64,000 nt of DNA from positions 122,886,001 to 122,950,000 of the forward strand of contig NW_024704742.1 in the NCBI RefSeq assembly GCF_018977255.1, in the 5' to 3' direction. The notes under the pieces were generated by a model. That model had not been told where the DNA came from, made no database searches, and saw only the letters and a program-made list of their open reading frames with translations. The DNA is from Callorhinchus milii. Its lineage: Eukaryota. The translations under genes and the position numbers were made by a program. Shown piece after piece: positions 40,481-53,389 of the stretch. Numbering within the stretch: position 1 is the stretch's first letter; each line of letters opens with the position of its first letter.

Positions 40481-43054
40481 CTGTAGGAATGCACATTTAA
40501 AATAGAATTTAATGTTTTAATGAAATTTAATATTTTTGCTTTCCACTTAAAAAACTATTTGCCAAAAACACAGTGTTCAACAGTTGGAAATCTATATTCC
40601 AAACACTAATGCACTGAGAGGATAGGTGACTGCGATCATATATGTTGGCAGATGTCCATCAAATGTAACATAAGTAGAAGGTAGTTATCAAACACCAAGC
40701 TACAGTGCTATTCATAGTGGATTATTTGGTGCATGCAGGTTGTGAACATTGTCAAATACCATGCTCCTAGTGCATCTCGGCTTCTTGGAAGAATGCCATT
40801 ATTCTCTCCCACTCTGTGCTGCCCGAGAAGAATACATGTAAAAGAACACAGCAAAACAATTCCCTTCATCTTACAAAGACAAGATGAATTACACCATTAT
40901 CAAAATTCCTGCAAAATCTTCCATGTTCTACATTTTCCTTTATTCCCTTCACTTTCTTCCTTCCTCAATTTTCAATTGTCCCCATTGATTTTAAAATTCC
41001 AAATTCACCCCACAAAAATTCAAACAAAGTTTGATTCATTCCTGTTTTGTGGGATTGGCTGCCATGTTTGCCTACATAACATTCTATATTAAATATATAA
41101 TTATCCATATTTCTAGATTCACCATCTTTTTGGATGGTTATTAATTTAAGTTTGTTCTTGTGAATCAAGTACAAATGAATTGTTACATTCCCTCCTTCTT
41201 ACTTTTAAAGAAACATTTGAGTTTTTCTCCGGGCTAGCCCTGCTTTAACCTCTTCTCAACAAATTAATTGGCTACTCATCTCACTGTTGCTTATGGAAAG
41301 TTGTTTGAGTATACGAGCTGGTACACTTCTTGATACATTATTCATTTATTTCTAATCCTCCAAGAAGGTGGGAGGTGGAGATAAGCTTTGGAGCTAAATC
41401 GGCTCCAAAGTTTCAGGCCTGGCAATGGATGACCAGATCAACACATTCTGCTGTGGCAGGCTACATATTCAACCTCAGCTAATCAGGCCTGCAGTACTCC
41501 AAGTATGACCGACTAGCTAGCTTGGCTTTTTAGCAGGACTTGGAAGGGCAAACCTGTCACTGGCGTCAGGGAGTGTTCCCACTTGGTGCCAGTTAACCAT
41601 GTAACTGGTTAACCATGTAACAAATCCAAGCTGAAAAAGTAGCAGGAAGTTTGCCATGTTATAATTATAAACTGCATGATTTTAGCTAGTTAAACTAGTT
41701 AATGAGGTTCTCAAACCTTATGCCGCAACTCTCCAGGATTAGGTAGTCAAGGCGCTTCTTTTGGGGAGAAAGTGAGTACTCCATACCAGACAAACTGAAA
41801 CCATTCATACATGGAATTCTCAATAGGTTAGTCACTTAAACATGTTGATGGGTTGCTAACCAAACAAAACTCTAATCAATTTTATCACTTCTAATCAAAT
41901 GCTTCAATTTTTTTTGTTTTATGAAAGGCAGCACAGAAATGCTCGTCAATATAAAACCTCCAGAAATATAACCTGCACTGTTTGTTTGTAATGATTATTG
42001 ATGAGAGAATAAAGACGCATCCAGGAGGAACAAAGAATATTTTGTTAATGTCACTCTTTGTCTTTCTCTCTTCCTCCAAGGAAATGCACACAAGTAAAAG
42101 CATGTGAAAGTTATTGAACGCAAGGTTCAGTGTATGAATGGCTGAGTACAATGAAAGTGCTCCTGCACAAATCAATGCTTGATCTTGAAAAAAAAGATAC
42201 TGCACGTGGCATATGGCTCATTGTATCGGTCTTTGATTCCCAAATACCAACTACAGCAACAACAAGATTACATTTGTGTAGCGCCTTTCACGTCAGGAGG
42301 ACGTCCCAAGGCGCTGGACAGTGTACAGCATTACAATAATCAATGCAAGAATTTGAGGTTTTCTCAAAAAAATGTTAAATTCAAATTGTCCTTGAATTAA
42401 CAAAATAAATATCAATAAAAAAAACTATTTATCCTATATTTTTGAAATCCGCTCAGAACCAGTTTGCCCACAAGTACTCGGTCATTACACTTTATAGTAA
42501 ATTCCTGAAGTGCTTTGAGAAGTACTTCAGACATGAATGATGTTGTATCATGTTGTGTTAAGATTTTTTTATTAAAAGTGAGTAGATTAGTGATTTCCAG
42601 ATATTTCGGGGAAAAAAGGCAGATGATAGTGGCTTTTTGCTCAATCCAACCTCAAAGGGCAACAGTGTGAGGAAGATGTTTTGTGATCCTGGTACAGTTA
42701 ATGTCGGTTTTGCCTCATTAAATAAAGACAAATAAAACCAACTTTGTTTAGGTCTCAAATTGTAACAACTTACTTCTTTCCATAACCACTGCAAAAGCAA
42801 TGTTTCTAACAATTTCATAATTGTAAGCATGTATGGTTGGTGTCGATTAATTTCAAGGGAATATGATCACTTTCCAATAAATTAAACAGGGAAAGGAATA
42901 TCTATCTCATTTCAGTGGGTTCATTGCAAAATAGCTGCATCTCTGCAACATAATGGCATAATGGGATATATTTGTTGAGGATGATGAAATTAATATGTAA
43001 AAACTGCAGTTAAAACTGGTGATAAACAGGATTTGGGCCATTCCCTCATCCACC

Positions 43055-44185
43055 AGCTATACTAATAAATGTGAGTTGTGTGTCTGTCAGCTAAGAACAC
43101 AATAACCAATTTTTTGGGGGGTTATAGAGACATGAATTATATCTTATCGGAAAAGTCTTGCAAGGGGAAGTGTGATGGGCATATTTTTTTCAGGGATCTT
43201 CTATCATTGATAATAAAAAATATTTAATAATGCTTTAATTACAGCCCTCAAAAAGTATGCATGGTATTCTGCAATAAAATGGCAACAGAGTTCATACACC
43301 CTTCTAGAGAGATACGTATATCTATACTAATAAAAAAAATCTGTGTGCCTGTTTGTTTGTGTGTGTGTTTATGTGTGTGTGTCTGTCCGCCAAGAACGCA
43401 ATAACCAATTGACGTAGAAACACCATTTATACTTCATCGGAAAGGTCTTGCATGGGGGATTGTCATGGCCAAATTACCGTTGATGAGCTATTTTTTTAAA
43501 AAAGAGGTACTAGCTGTACCCGACGCATGGTATTCTGCAACAAAGTAGAGTTGGAACATAAGAACAGGAGGAGGCCATTCAGCCCTTCGAGTCTGTTCCG
43601 CCATTTAATTAGATCCTGGCTGATCTGTACCTCAACTAATCCTTTCAATTCCAATTTCCTGCTTTCTCCCCATATCCTTTATAACCCTGACCTACCAAAA
43701 ATCTATCAAGCAACAGAGGAAAACACACACCCTTCTAGAGAGATACATCGGGAGAGGGGCAGAGCGAGGGAAGGAGTGAAGAGAGTGGTGAAAAAAATTC
43801 AATGCTACATTTTTAAAATTAAATCTCCTCCGCTCCTTCCCACCCCCCCAAAAAATATGCTGAGTCCCATAATCTCTCGAGGGTAATAGTGAGGAGGTGG
43901 GAGACTTAGTGATGTGTCAGGAGGGAGGGAGCATAGCAGGTTAAAGTGAAGTCTGAGGCCTGCTCAGACTGACTAAGTACTAGGAGACGAGAGAGAGATC
44001 CACACGCAGCTCACACTACATGTGTCTGTCCACCAATTGTTTTTTGGAGGGGATCTCCTGTGACCTAAATAGGCTCATCACAAAGTGTACACAGTGTTTA
44101 TGGCATGTTAAATGGTTTGTGAGTGGTATCACTGAAATCTACATTCCATATTGGATCCTTCGGTTGCAACAGGTACAGCTACGCT
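43055..44185. mobile_element. Cluster of non-autonomous Helitron-like remnants
   Basis: A|TCTATACTAATAAA start plus TG-rich microsatellite at 43321, with a second copy at about 43057. Reverse-oriented GGGTACAGCTAG|T end at about 43510. Confidence 0.5.
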
Positions 44186-45503
44186 GGAGTAATTTATGAT
44201 AGGCCAACAAGGAATTTGGATGCACTCCACAATCCCACTCTTTCCTTCCTCCACAGTAATCATGTTGCCTGATTCTTGTTGGAGACGAATATCTCAACAA
44301 CAAAAAAATCTGATCCATGATACTCTCCTCTCACTACCATCTCTCCTCATACCAGATATGAAAGAAATGTTTCAATGCAACTCACAAAATGTGTTGTATA
44401 TTGGCTGAACAAAAATGCAAAGAATTGTATTATGCAGCTAGAGCAATTGTGGATGTGTGAAATTTTGTGATGTAATCAAGATGCGGAATTTCAGTGCCAA
44501 GAACATTTTCCACTCACCTAAAAGTATCTATTGTTAATACTAAGACTCCCAGGTAAACCATAACATGAGCAGATGTAGTGAAAGCTTTCTATTCTCTATC
44601 CCAATACTCTCCCTCAATACAAATATTTGAACTTTCCATTTCCCATGGTAACCATTCTTGGAGTCTGTCAGATTGCCATTTTCTTAAATAAATTAAGAAA
44701 AGTTTCTGCTTCTGCTTAATCTTATCCATTAGATATTGGGTTGTGACTAACCAAGCTCATTTCACATGATAGTTATTATGTCTAAAAGGATTTGAATCTA
44801 AGGAAAAGACAAATTCCCACCGTGCCATCTCAAGTTTTTGTGAAAAAAAAGGGAACAACAGGTATTCCTGTCACCGGATCAGACTTTTGATTTTCATCCC
44901 CCTTCCTAACCATCGAAAAAACAAGCTGTGGGCCTATTCAGGAATATCCATTTAGAATTTACATTGTTATATTCAGGTCATATGCCTGACCCCCAAATCA
45001 ATGCAGTCTCCAAATGATTCATGTAAAAGTTGGGCCGATTCAGGTTGGCTAATTACATGTGAATTTGCACACAGTTACAATTTTTGCAACTTGAGTTCCA
45101 AGACTGTAAACCCACAATTAACAATCCTCACACAACTAAAACTGATTTTTCCCATCTCTAATCTCTCATTCCCCAAATTATTCCTCATGGTGTGTGTGAC
45201 AGTAATTCAACTCATAGCAGTAATAGCGTTGGAATTTCACTGAAGTCCTAAACAATAACTCCATTGGGGGGGGGGGGGGAGTAAGTAGGCAGATCCATTT
45301 CACATGCAAAATACCTCGAGCGAAATGAGTTTGCGAACATAAGGAGCACCTAAAGTTACAAAGTCTGAACCACAAGTGCACTCTGATGCACATTGACCCA
45401 ATCGAGTCATTTATTATAGTTATAAAAGTGCGACTGCAAAATTCGAAGGCAGCATTTACTCATTGAATTCTGCTGCTGGAAACTTATCGCAAAGTGTACT
45501 CAC

Positions 45504-46040
45504 CGTTGGGGCTAACCCGTGGCATAACAGTGGAGTTGAGTGACCTCATGCAACATATGATGTAAACGAGTGGCAAATCCAGAAACCTCCAGGACCATCA
45601 ACACAAAGGAAGTTCCCGACAAGAGCCCGAGAGCCCCCAGAGGGGGTGACGGTGTTGGCAGCAATCGGTGGTGTGGAGGGAGGGGAGGGAGAGGCAACTG
45701 TGGAGCCTTCTTTCTCAGCACTTGACAAATTAGGCCTCGGAAACGTCCCGCATCGTCAAAACATTTGGGAAAGGGGAATGAATGGAAGGAATCGGGCAGA
45801 TCGACCAAGTCCGAGAGCTAAAACGCCGCGCAAGCACAAGGCGGGGGACGGGACTTCATGACCGGTAGATTCAAACGCAGCCGTGGGTGGAGGTGGAGAT
45901 GCGGCGCGGGCGGGGAGTGCGGGGAGTGCGGGGCGGGCGGGCGGGCGGGGAGTGCGGGGAGTGCGGGGAGTGGGGTCGGTGGTGGTGGTGGGGGGGAGGG
46001 AGGGGGGGAGGAGGATAGTGGGCGATTCCTTTCTTTATTC
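45504..46040 (-). other. GPBP1: GPBP1 non-coding 5'UTR exon (5' boundary uncertain)
   Basis: Strong donor ACG|gtgagt at 45504/45503 at the downstream edge of the CpG island. A possible acceptor ttttaattcag lies near 46040. Confidence 0.6.
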
Positions 46041-46445
46041 TGAATTAAAACCTGAAACTCGGGCTCTGCCTCCGGATTGTGCGGTGAAGTTGAGCGACCT
46101 CGGGCGACGTTTGATGACGACACGGCGCCCCGGTCGCTTTCGCTGACGTCAGGGGATGCGAAGAAGGGAGGGAGGCACACGGCGAGGACACTCACTCACT
46201 CACTCACACACACACGCGCGCGCCTCGCCGCGCGCCTCGCCTCACGCCCCTCCGCTCCTCCTCACGGCCGCCGGGCCCCCGCTTCTCGTGTTTAGTGTTT
46301 GCAATGAATTAAAAGAGGAAAAGCGGTCACCAGCTGACCTTTCGCCGAGCGCTGACGTCAGCCCGGGGTCAGCCAATTGGAAAGCGGCTCTGTCGCAGCC
46401 CCGCACGCCAACCCTCGCGAGAGCAGCCTCTTCCAGTCAAACCCT
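45800..46445 (-). promoter_or_regulatory. CpG-island promoter of GPBP1
   Basis: GC/CpG-rich. Two perfect CRE sites TGACGTCA (46144-46151, 46353-46360), palindromic CCAATTGG (46373-46380), and GC-box-like GGGCGG runs. Confidence 0.8.
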
Positions 46446-46850
46446 GAGACAGAGGGACACACACACACAGATACAGAGATAGATACACACACACAGATAG
46501 ATAGATACAGAGATAGATACACACATACACCCACACACACAGAGACACACACAGATAGATACACACACACAGAGACACACTCACAGATAGATACACACAC
46601 ACAGATAGATACACACACACAGAGATACACACAGAGATAGATACACACAGAGAGACATACACAGAGATAGATACATACACACAGAGATAGATACACACAG
46701 ATATAGACACACACACACATATAGATACACACATACAGACGCAGAGATAGATACACACACACAGATACAGACACACACAGCGACAGATACAGACACACAC
46801 AGAGAGACAGACACACACAGAGACAGATACAGACACGCAGAGATAGAGAC
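46445..46850. repeat. Compound CA/GA/GATA microsatellite
   Basis: ACACACAGATAGATACACAC-type low-complexity array; a further degenerate stretch lies at 47155-47435. Confidence 0.92.
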
Positions 46851-46936
46851 AACAACAACAAGATTCCATTTATAAAGCGCCTTTCACGTCAGGAGGACGT
46901 CCCAAGGCGCTGCACAGTTGGGTCATGACCCGAGCA

Positions 46937-47120
46937 GGGGGGAAATGGTCAGCGTGAGGGGAGGGAAGGGAGGGAGAGAGGAGGGGGGAAATGGTCAGGG
47001 GGAGGGAAGGGAGGGAGCGAGGAGGGGGAAATGGTCAGGGTGAGGGGAGGGAAGGGAGGGAGCGAGGAGGGGGGAAATGGTCAGGGTGAGGGGAGGGAAG
47101 GGAGGGAGCGAGGAGGGGGA
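46937..47120. repeat. G-rich ~45-bp minisatellite, 4 copies, within an L2 3' tail
   Basis: GGGGAAATGGTCAGGGTGAGGGGAGGGAAGGGAGGGAGCGAGGA is repeated and follows an L2 terminus at 46851-46936. Confidence 0.85.
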
Positions 47121-49228
47121 AGAGAGTCGAGAGGGGAGCTGAAGGCTCTGAAGACAGAGATCCAGACACATACATAGAGACACAGATAGTTACAGACACA
47201 TACATAGGGACACAGAAACAAAGAGATACAGACGCATACATCGAGACACACACGGAGATACAGATACCTACATAGAGAAACAGAGGTATAGACACATATA
47301 CAGAGACACAGAGAGATATAGACACATACGTAGAGACACAGCAAAAGAGAGACAGAGACGTAGAGAGAGAGACGTAGAGAGGAAGAGGCAAAGAGGGAGA
47401 GACACACACAAACAGACCTAAAGAGACACACAGATTTCATTCTGGTCAACTGGGTGTCCTGACACATTCAGAAACCCGTCACCATCACTTAAGAGCAAGG
47501 TGGTCCAACCGTTTTGCTATTGAGGGCCGGATGCCCTGTTTGAGAAACGTCCGTAAATATCATGTTTCCCTGCCCGAAATATAACATTTACACAGCGCCT
47601 TTTTCACTCAGGAAGGGCGTCTCAAAGCTCTTGACACTGCTGACTGGGCACCTTAGCTGCGGGTGAGAGCCGAGGGAGGTTCTCTCTATGCCCCTCTCTC
47701 AATCAGCCACGCGGCTTACTATTTGGCAGCGGGAACGGCCCTCTCCTGTCCTTCCGCGCGTGTGGCTCACTATCTGGCAGTTTTTTTTGAGAAATTGTTT
47801 CTCCAAGTGGTTGGAGTGGATTGAGTGAAATCTATGGTGGAATGGGTTTTGTCTGGACTCTGGAGAGACTAGGCTTAATTATTAGAATAAATGTCATTTT
47901 ATCATTCTATTCATTCTATTTCTTATGGAAACCAATATTGATTAAAGGCAATAAAATAAACAATATGGGATGCAATACCACATACCTACCATCAAAGGGA
48001 GATCAAACAAATACAGTCCTCTAAAAGGGGAATGAAGTACACTGTCCCATTATTGGCGGGCGGGCCTTCAACAACTCTACCCCCACCCTCTGGAACTCCA
48101 TCCCATAGTCCCACCACCTTGCCCCCTCCCTTCAAGACCTGTCTCAAGACCCTCCTCTTCAACTATCACCCTCCCTCACCCCCTGCACTCTGCCCTCCTC
48201 GATCCCAATCCCCAGCTTAGGTCCGAAACACTGATTGTCCAACGCCTTAAGTAAAAGGTGCTATACAAATGTAATTTTTTTTATTGTTGTTTTTGAGACT
48301 GGAATTGAAGGGTATGGAAGAGGAGTCTAGGAGGGGTGGAGGCTCAGGTTGTGTATAACATTGGCACAGACTAGTTGGGTCGATGGCCTGTTCCCATGCT
48401 GAATTGTTTTATTTAACGGCTTGAAATCTTCTGACCATTGACTTAATAAAGTGAACCATGTGACTTCTAAATTATGTATAAATCCCCTCCTCAGATTTGT
48501 CATCACCTTCTTTGCTTTCAACAAGGAGAGACTCATTGGAACCAGATTTGAGGCATCGCTTGTCAAGTCATAATGGACTATTTTCAAATGTGGGACTTTG
48601 GACTGCATGAATTGGAGATTCTCTTTCAATAAGTACTGTTGAATTGGGCAGTGTAGCACACAATGCTTTGTGTACTCCGGGCAAACCAGCCAGTTATAGA
48701 CACAGGGCATAGAGGACATTATGCCTGAGGATTTACAAGACAGCTAAATATTGTTATGTGTATCATAGAATATTTTATGAATAATGTTATAACAGTACTT
48801 AGTTATGACTAAAATGGGATTGAAGCACGATTGTTGTCATTTGCTCAAATCAGCAGGTGATATTTGTAGTATCCCTACTGGGGATATTGGTAGTAAGCAA
48901 CTATCTTGCTCATAATAAGAATTCTTGCATTTAATAAGATTAGTTTTCCATTTTCTTCTAGCTCTGATCTTTGATTTACACGCTCCCAAAACTATGAGAA
49001 AACCGGCACAAATAGCATTTTTAATTGCCAGAAGAAGCACACTGCAGCTGTGGAAACATACGACATCACCAAACTTAAATGGCTGGCTGCAACCATCTTG
49101 GGATGTATGGCAGTTAAAAAAAATGATATGCAGATCAAAACTTAAAACACAGAAATTCTAACATGTCTGGCTCCAACCCCCCCACCAGCCCCACTCATCC
49201 CCTGAAACCTTATGGTTATGCCACATGT

Positions 49229-49540
49229 GGAGTCCTGTAGCTCAGTGGTTAGAGCACTCGCTTTGCAAGTGAGAGACCTGAGTTCAATTCCCGGCAGAGC
49301 GAAACCTTGGGCAAGTTTCCTTACTCCACACACCTAATAATAATCCCTCCAAAAACCAAAAACAATAATAAATTGGTCACTTTCAATCCACGACTGTTTG
49401 TGGGACATTTCTGTGCGCAATTGGCTGCCGCGTTCGCCCACAAATATACAGTCAATTCACTTTACAGTGTGTTCTGTGAAGCGCTTTGGGACGTCCTCCC
49501 GACGTGAAAAGCACTATATCAAATGCAAGGATTATTATTA
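49229..49540 (+). mobile_element. Full-length tRNA(Ala)-derived Deu-domain SINE, short form
   Basis: A box TAGCTCAGTGG, TGC anticodon loop, B box GTTCAATTCC, Deu-like core TGTTTGTGGGACATT..TGTGCGCAATTGGCTGCCGCG, L2-like tail, (ATT)n end. Confidence 0.9.
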
Positions 49541-50217
49541 TTTATTTATTATTATGTGTCCAATTATGTTTTTCATCCACAGTTTCATTCCTTAAAATTG
49601 TTTTTTCTTCTTCACAAAGTGTCATATTTGTGTACAGTTGTTCACAGTTGTTTATCTTGGAGAGACTCATTGGAACCAGATTTGAACCACCGCTTGTAGA
49701 GTATTCATTACTCCTTTTCATTTATGGATCTATTTTCATTTATATTACACTCTCCTTTTTGTTCTATGATTCACAAAGACTTCCGTAACTTGCTATATTT
49801 TATTTTTAAAAGTTTTAAAAATTGTGTTTAGAACTATCTGTCAGATAAATTGTGTTTTTTTTGGGGGGTGAAGCACTTTTTAAATGCCTCAATGACATGA
49901 TAAGACACTATATAAAATCCAAGGTTATTATAAATGATAACAAAGCGACCTTTGTTATAATTTATAATAATCTTGGATTGTCCTAAACTTCATTATGAAG
50001 TTAAATTTTCTGGAATGGAGAGAGTGCGAAGTTTGCCACTCACCTAAAGATTCATCCAAGAAGAAAAAATCAAACAAAAGAAACTTTGCTCACTCCCTGA
50101 ATGACAAAAAATAAAAAGTTAGAAAATCAGAACACTCAGGATGGGGGCACGGATGAGGAATAAGGTAGAGGAGGAGGTACCCTGCCTCCCGTAGCTAATC
50201 AAGATAATGATCTTTAA

Positions 50218-50582
50218 ATAATCCTTGCATATATATAACACCTTTTCACCTGGTCAAAGCGTCTCAAAGCGCTTCACTAAATATGTATACTGTCAAGTGA
50301 ATTGACTGTGGGCAAAACGCAGTAGCCAATTGCTCAAAGCAGTGTACCACAAAGAGTTGTGGATTGAATGACCAAATTATTTGTATTTATTTATCTTAGA
50401 GGAGTTATTAACCCCAGAACGTGATCCACCAATCGACTATCACCAGGGTTCCTCCTTTCTACTAGGTAACAGAGACGTGTGGAGTAAGGAAACTTGCCTT
50501 GGGTTTTGCCCTGTCCTGGAATCGAACCCAGGTTCCTATCATTTGTGAGGTGAATGTTCTAACCACTGTACAACAGGATTCC
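50218..50582 (-). mobile_element. SINE, long form
   Basis: Same modules, more diverged. Confidence 0.8.
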
Positions 50583-51054
50583 TTTCTGCCAGATAATATA
50601 CTTTACATTCCCCCTTCAGAGGGGGGATATGTACGGTGCAGCATTAATTTCTTCAGCAGCCACCAGATCACAGCACCAAATCCAAAGTGTGAGATTGCAG
50701 ATGATTAAAGTGATGAGATTTACAGAATGTTGCATATAAAATGACTTATGTAGTGAGTGTCTTTAAAAGTTGTCAAGAGTCCTCAGGAATTCATATTTGG
50801 GTATATATTTTAGAAGAAAAACATTACTATTTCAGCACATCCTTGTAATATGATTTTTTTCTGTCATGGACAGAGCTGAAACCATGCCCTAGGTAGGGCA
50901 GGATTCCAACCATCTGTTTTCCTGGCAGAGTGATTTAAAAATATTGAGCTGCTTCATCCAATCTAGATTGGTTGGCTGAACCTTGTTTTACTTTAAGCTG
51001 TTGGTATTCACCATCTGAGCTGTTTAAACGGCTGAATATCAGCAGTAAGTATAT

Positions 51055-51475
51055 CATAGAATCATAGAATTATACAGCACAGAAGGAAGCCATGCGATGC
51101 GGCCCATCGTATCTGTGCCGGCTCTTCAAAAGAGTTATCCAATTCAATTGCACTCCCCCGCTCTCTCCCCATAGCCCTGCAAACTTGTCCTCCCCAAATA
51201 ATTATCTACTTCTCTCTTAAAAGTTGTAATCGAATCTGCTTCTGCCACCCTTTCAGGCAATGCATTCCAGATCCGAAAAAACTCGCTGTGTGAAAAAATT
51301 TCTCCTCACCGCCACTCTGTTTCTTTTAACAACTATTTTAAATCGGTGTCCTCGGGTTACCGACCCACCCGCCAGTGGAAATAGTTTCTCTTTGTTCACC
51401 TTATCGAATCCCCTCATAATTTTGAAAACTTCTATTAAATCTTAACCTTCTCTGCTCCAAGGAGAATAATCCTAG
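51055..51475 (-). mobile_element. CR1 3' fragment
   Basis: CATAGAATCATAGAAT terminus and similarity to 24600-24990. Smaller CR1 ends at about 3365-3510, 21960-22110 and 43555-43710. Confidence 0.85.
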
Positions 51476-51508
51476 CATTAATGTGAGCATTGAAATGATA
51501 AGCCCTGA

Positions 51509-51605
51509 GGGGATTGGATGACGCAGTGGGTTAACAGTCTTTTCACATCTAGGACCCGAGTTTGATTCTAGCCAATATTGATGGGATAAAGATTTTCTTT
51601 TTTGC
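51509..51605 (+). mobile_element. Ancient tRNA-SINE head, LF-SINE-like
   Basis: GGGGATTGGATGACGCAGTGG...TTTCACATCTAGGACCCGAGTTTGATTCTAGCC; family name from memory. Confidence 0.4.
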
Positions 51606-53389
51606 AAGCTGTAAGGATTTTGGTGTGCATGTTGGCAATCTGAGTTCAGCAGACCGAATAGGTGCTTGGTGTTCGATGTAGGAAAAATGATGTTGGTGCA
51701 GTAGGGATTCTCAGATTTCTGATTATAGATATGCTATTTTTGCTCTGGGAGGTCATAATGCTAACATTGGTTGCTAATGTGTCAAACATTTTGTTCCAGG
51801 TACTGAGATCTCTTCCCTGATGATCACAATATTAAGAAATCAATAAAAAATATAACATTTAAAATAATAGATTTAATGCCAAAAGTGCAACAGATCTTTG
51901 GCAAAGGAAGGATTTTTTTCTATTGACACTTAGCCCTTACCAAGCTGCATATATACCAATCCTGTATAATTTATTTTAATCTAATAGAACCATAGAAATT
52001 TACAGTATAGAGGCCATTCCCTTCCTTTTCTGTATAATAATAATCCTTATATTTGATATTCATGTAATCTCAAAGCATGTCACAGGATTTACTCTAAATT
52101 GTTGTGATTGTATTTTGTAGGCAATCTGTTCACTTTCTCTCTTCTCAGTGTGAAACTATAACCCTTTGTTCTAGAATTAAGCACCTTTAAAATGTGCTTA
52201 ATTTCAGCTATTAATTTCATGGTTTGCATTGTATCCTTTCCAGTGCCAAGATTTTCCTATTGTGATATGACAACCATAATTGTCCACAATACCGTGGGGA
52301 GTTTGGGGGTGTGGGTGGTGGAGTGTGGTGGGCAGACCAATGCTCTGTATAAGTTCATTGTTACTTCAAGTAATTTATGTTCTATCCCTTTGGCAACACA
52401 TCCAAGATCATATTTCCCCTCTACAATGCTTCCACAACTTATACAGAAAACATGGTTTGTCCTATTCTGCGTTGCTAGGGTCTACAATACAGGATTTGCA
52501 AGAAATTGAATCTCGCAGGTACCTGGCATGTTCTCAGGCTGACCCATTAGATTGCTGTTCAGATATCAAAAATCATTTTCAACCTCTGTGAAACGGGATT
52601 GTGGTCAAAGGAAGCTCTGGAACTCCAACAGGAGATAGGTGTCCGAACAGAGTTCCAAAAAGCGGGCACACCAGATACCTGGCAGATTTGCCATCTACAA
52701 ATGAATTGAAAATATTGGAAATAATCTGTATTATCTACTGATAACACACAACACAATTTTTAAAAAAACTGTTCCTGTACCAAAGCAATAAAGTATATCC
52801 TCTTCTGTATCAATTGGATATGATCCAGGCTGAAAGTAAACAAATTGTGCTATTAGAATATAAATAAATGACCTTTTCCATTTTAACATATACTTGATCC
52901 TATATTTTACTGTATTGTGCCTATTAAGCTAATTATATCATGTTATACATATTAAATAATTATATCATGTTACATAGCTTTAGATCCATCATCACTTATC
53001 TTCATTACCATTTTATCTTCATTATTTTGAACTGCTTTTATCTTCTGATTGCAATATAATTAACAAAAGCAGTAAGAAAGCAAAATGTTGTGCACCCATA
53101 CAGCATGTGAAGTCAGTTTCATGTATCACTGGATAGAGAATACCACCAAAGAATGTTCACTTTGCACAGCTAATTTATCTGTAGCTTTACACACACAGGC
53201 CCTGATAAAGAGCCAGACAGAATAACTAAAACAAAATTGTGTATGCTGTAAGGAACAAAAACTAAATGACAGATATTGATTGAATCTTGGGGTTCTGAGG
53301 ACATGGTAAGTTAAACTTAATTCCTTTCTTTTCTTTCTGCCAGTTAGCTATATTTTACAAAAAGACAGGTTTGGGTCAGGTTTGATTTG

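Noticed and set aside
46358..47467. Cys/Val-rich ORFs
   Set aside because: Translations of CA/TG microsatellite.
49229..49300. tRNA-Ala(TGC)-like sequences here and at other copies
   Set aside because: The acceptor stem is incomplete and each runs into a SINE body, so these are SINE heads rather than tRNA genes.
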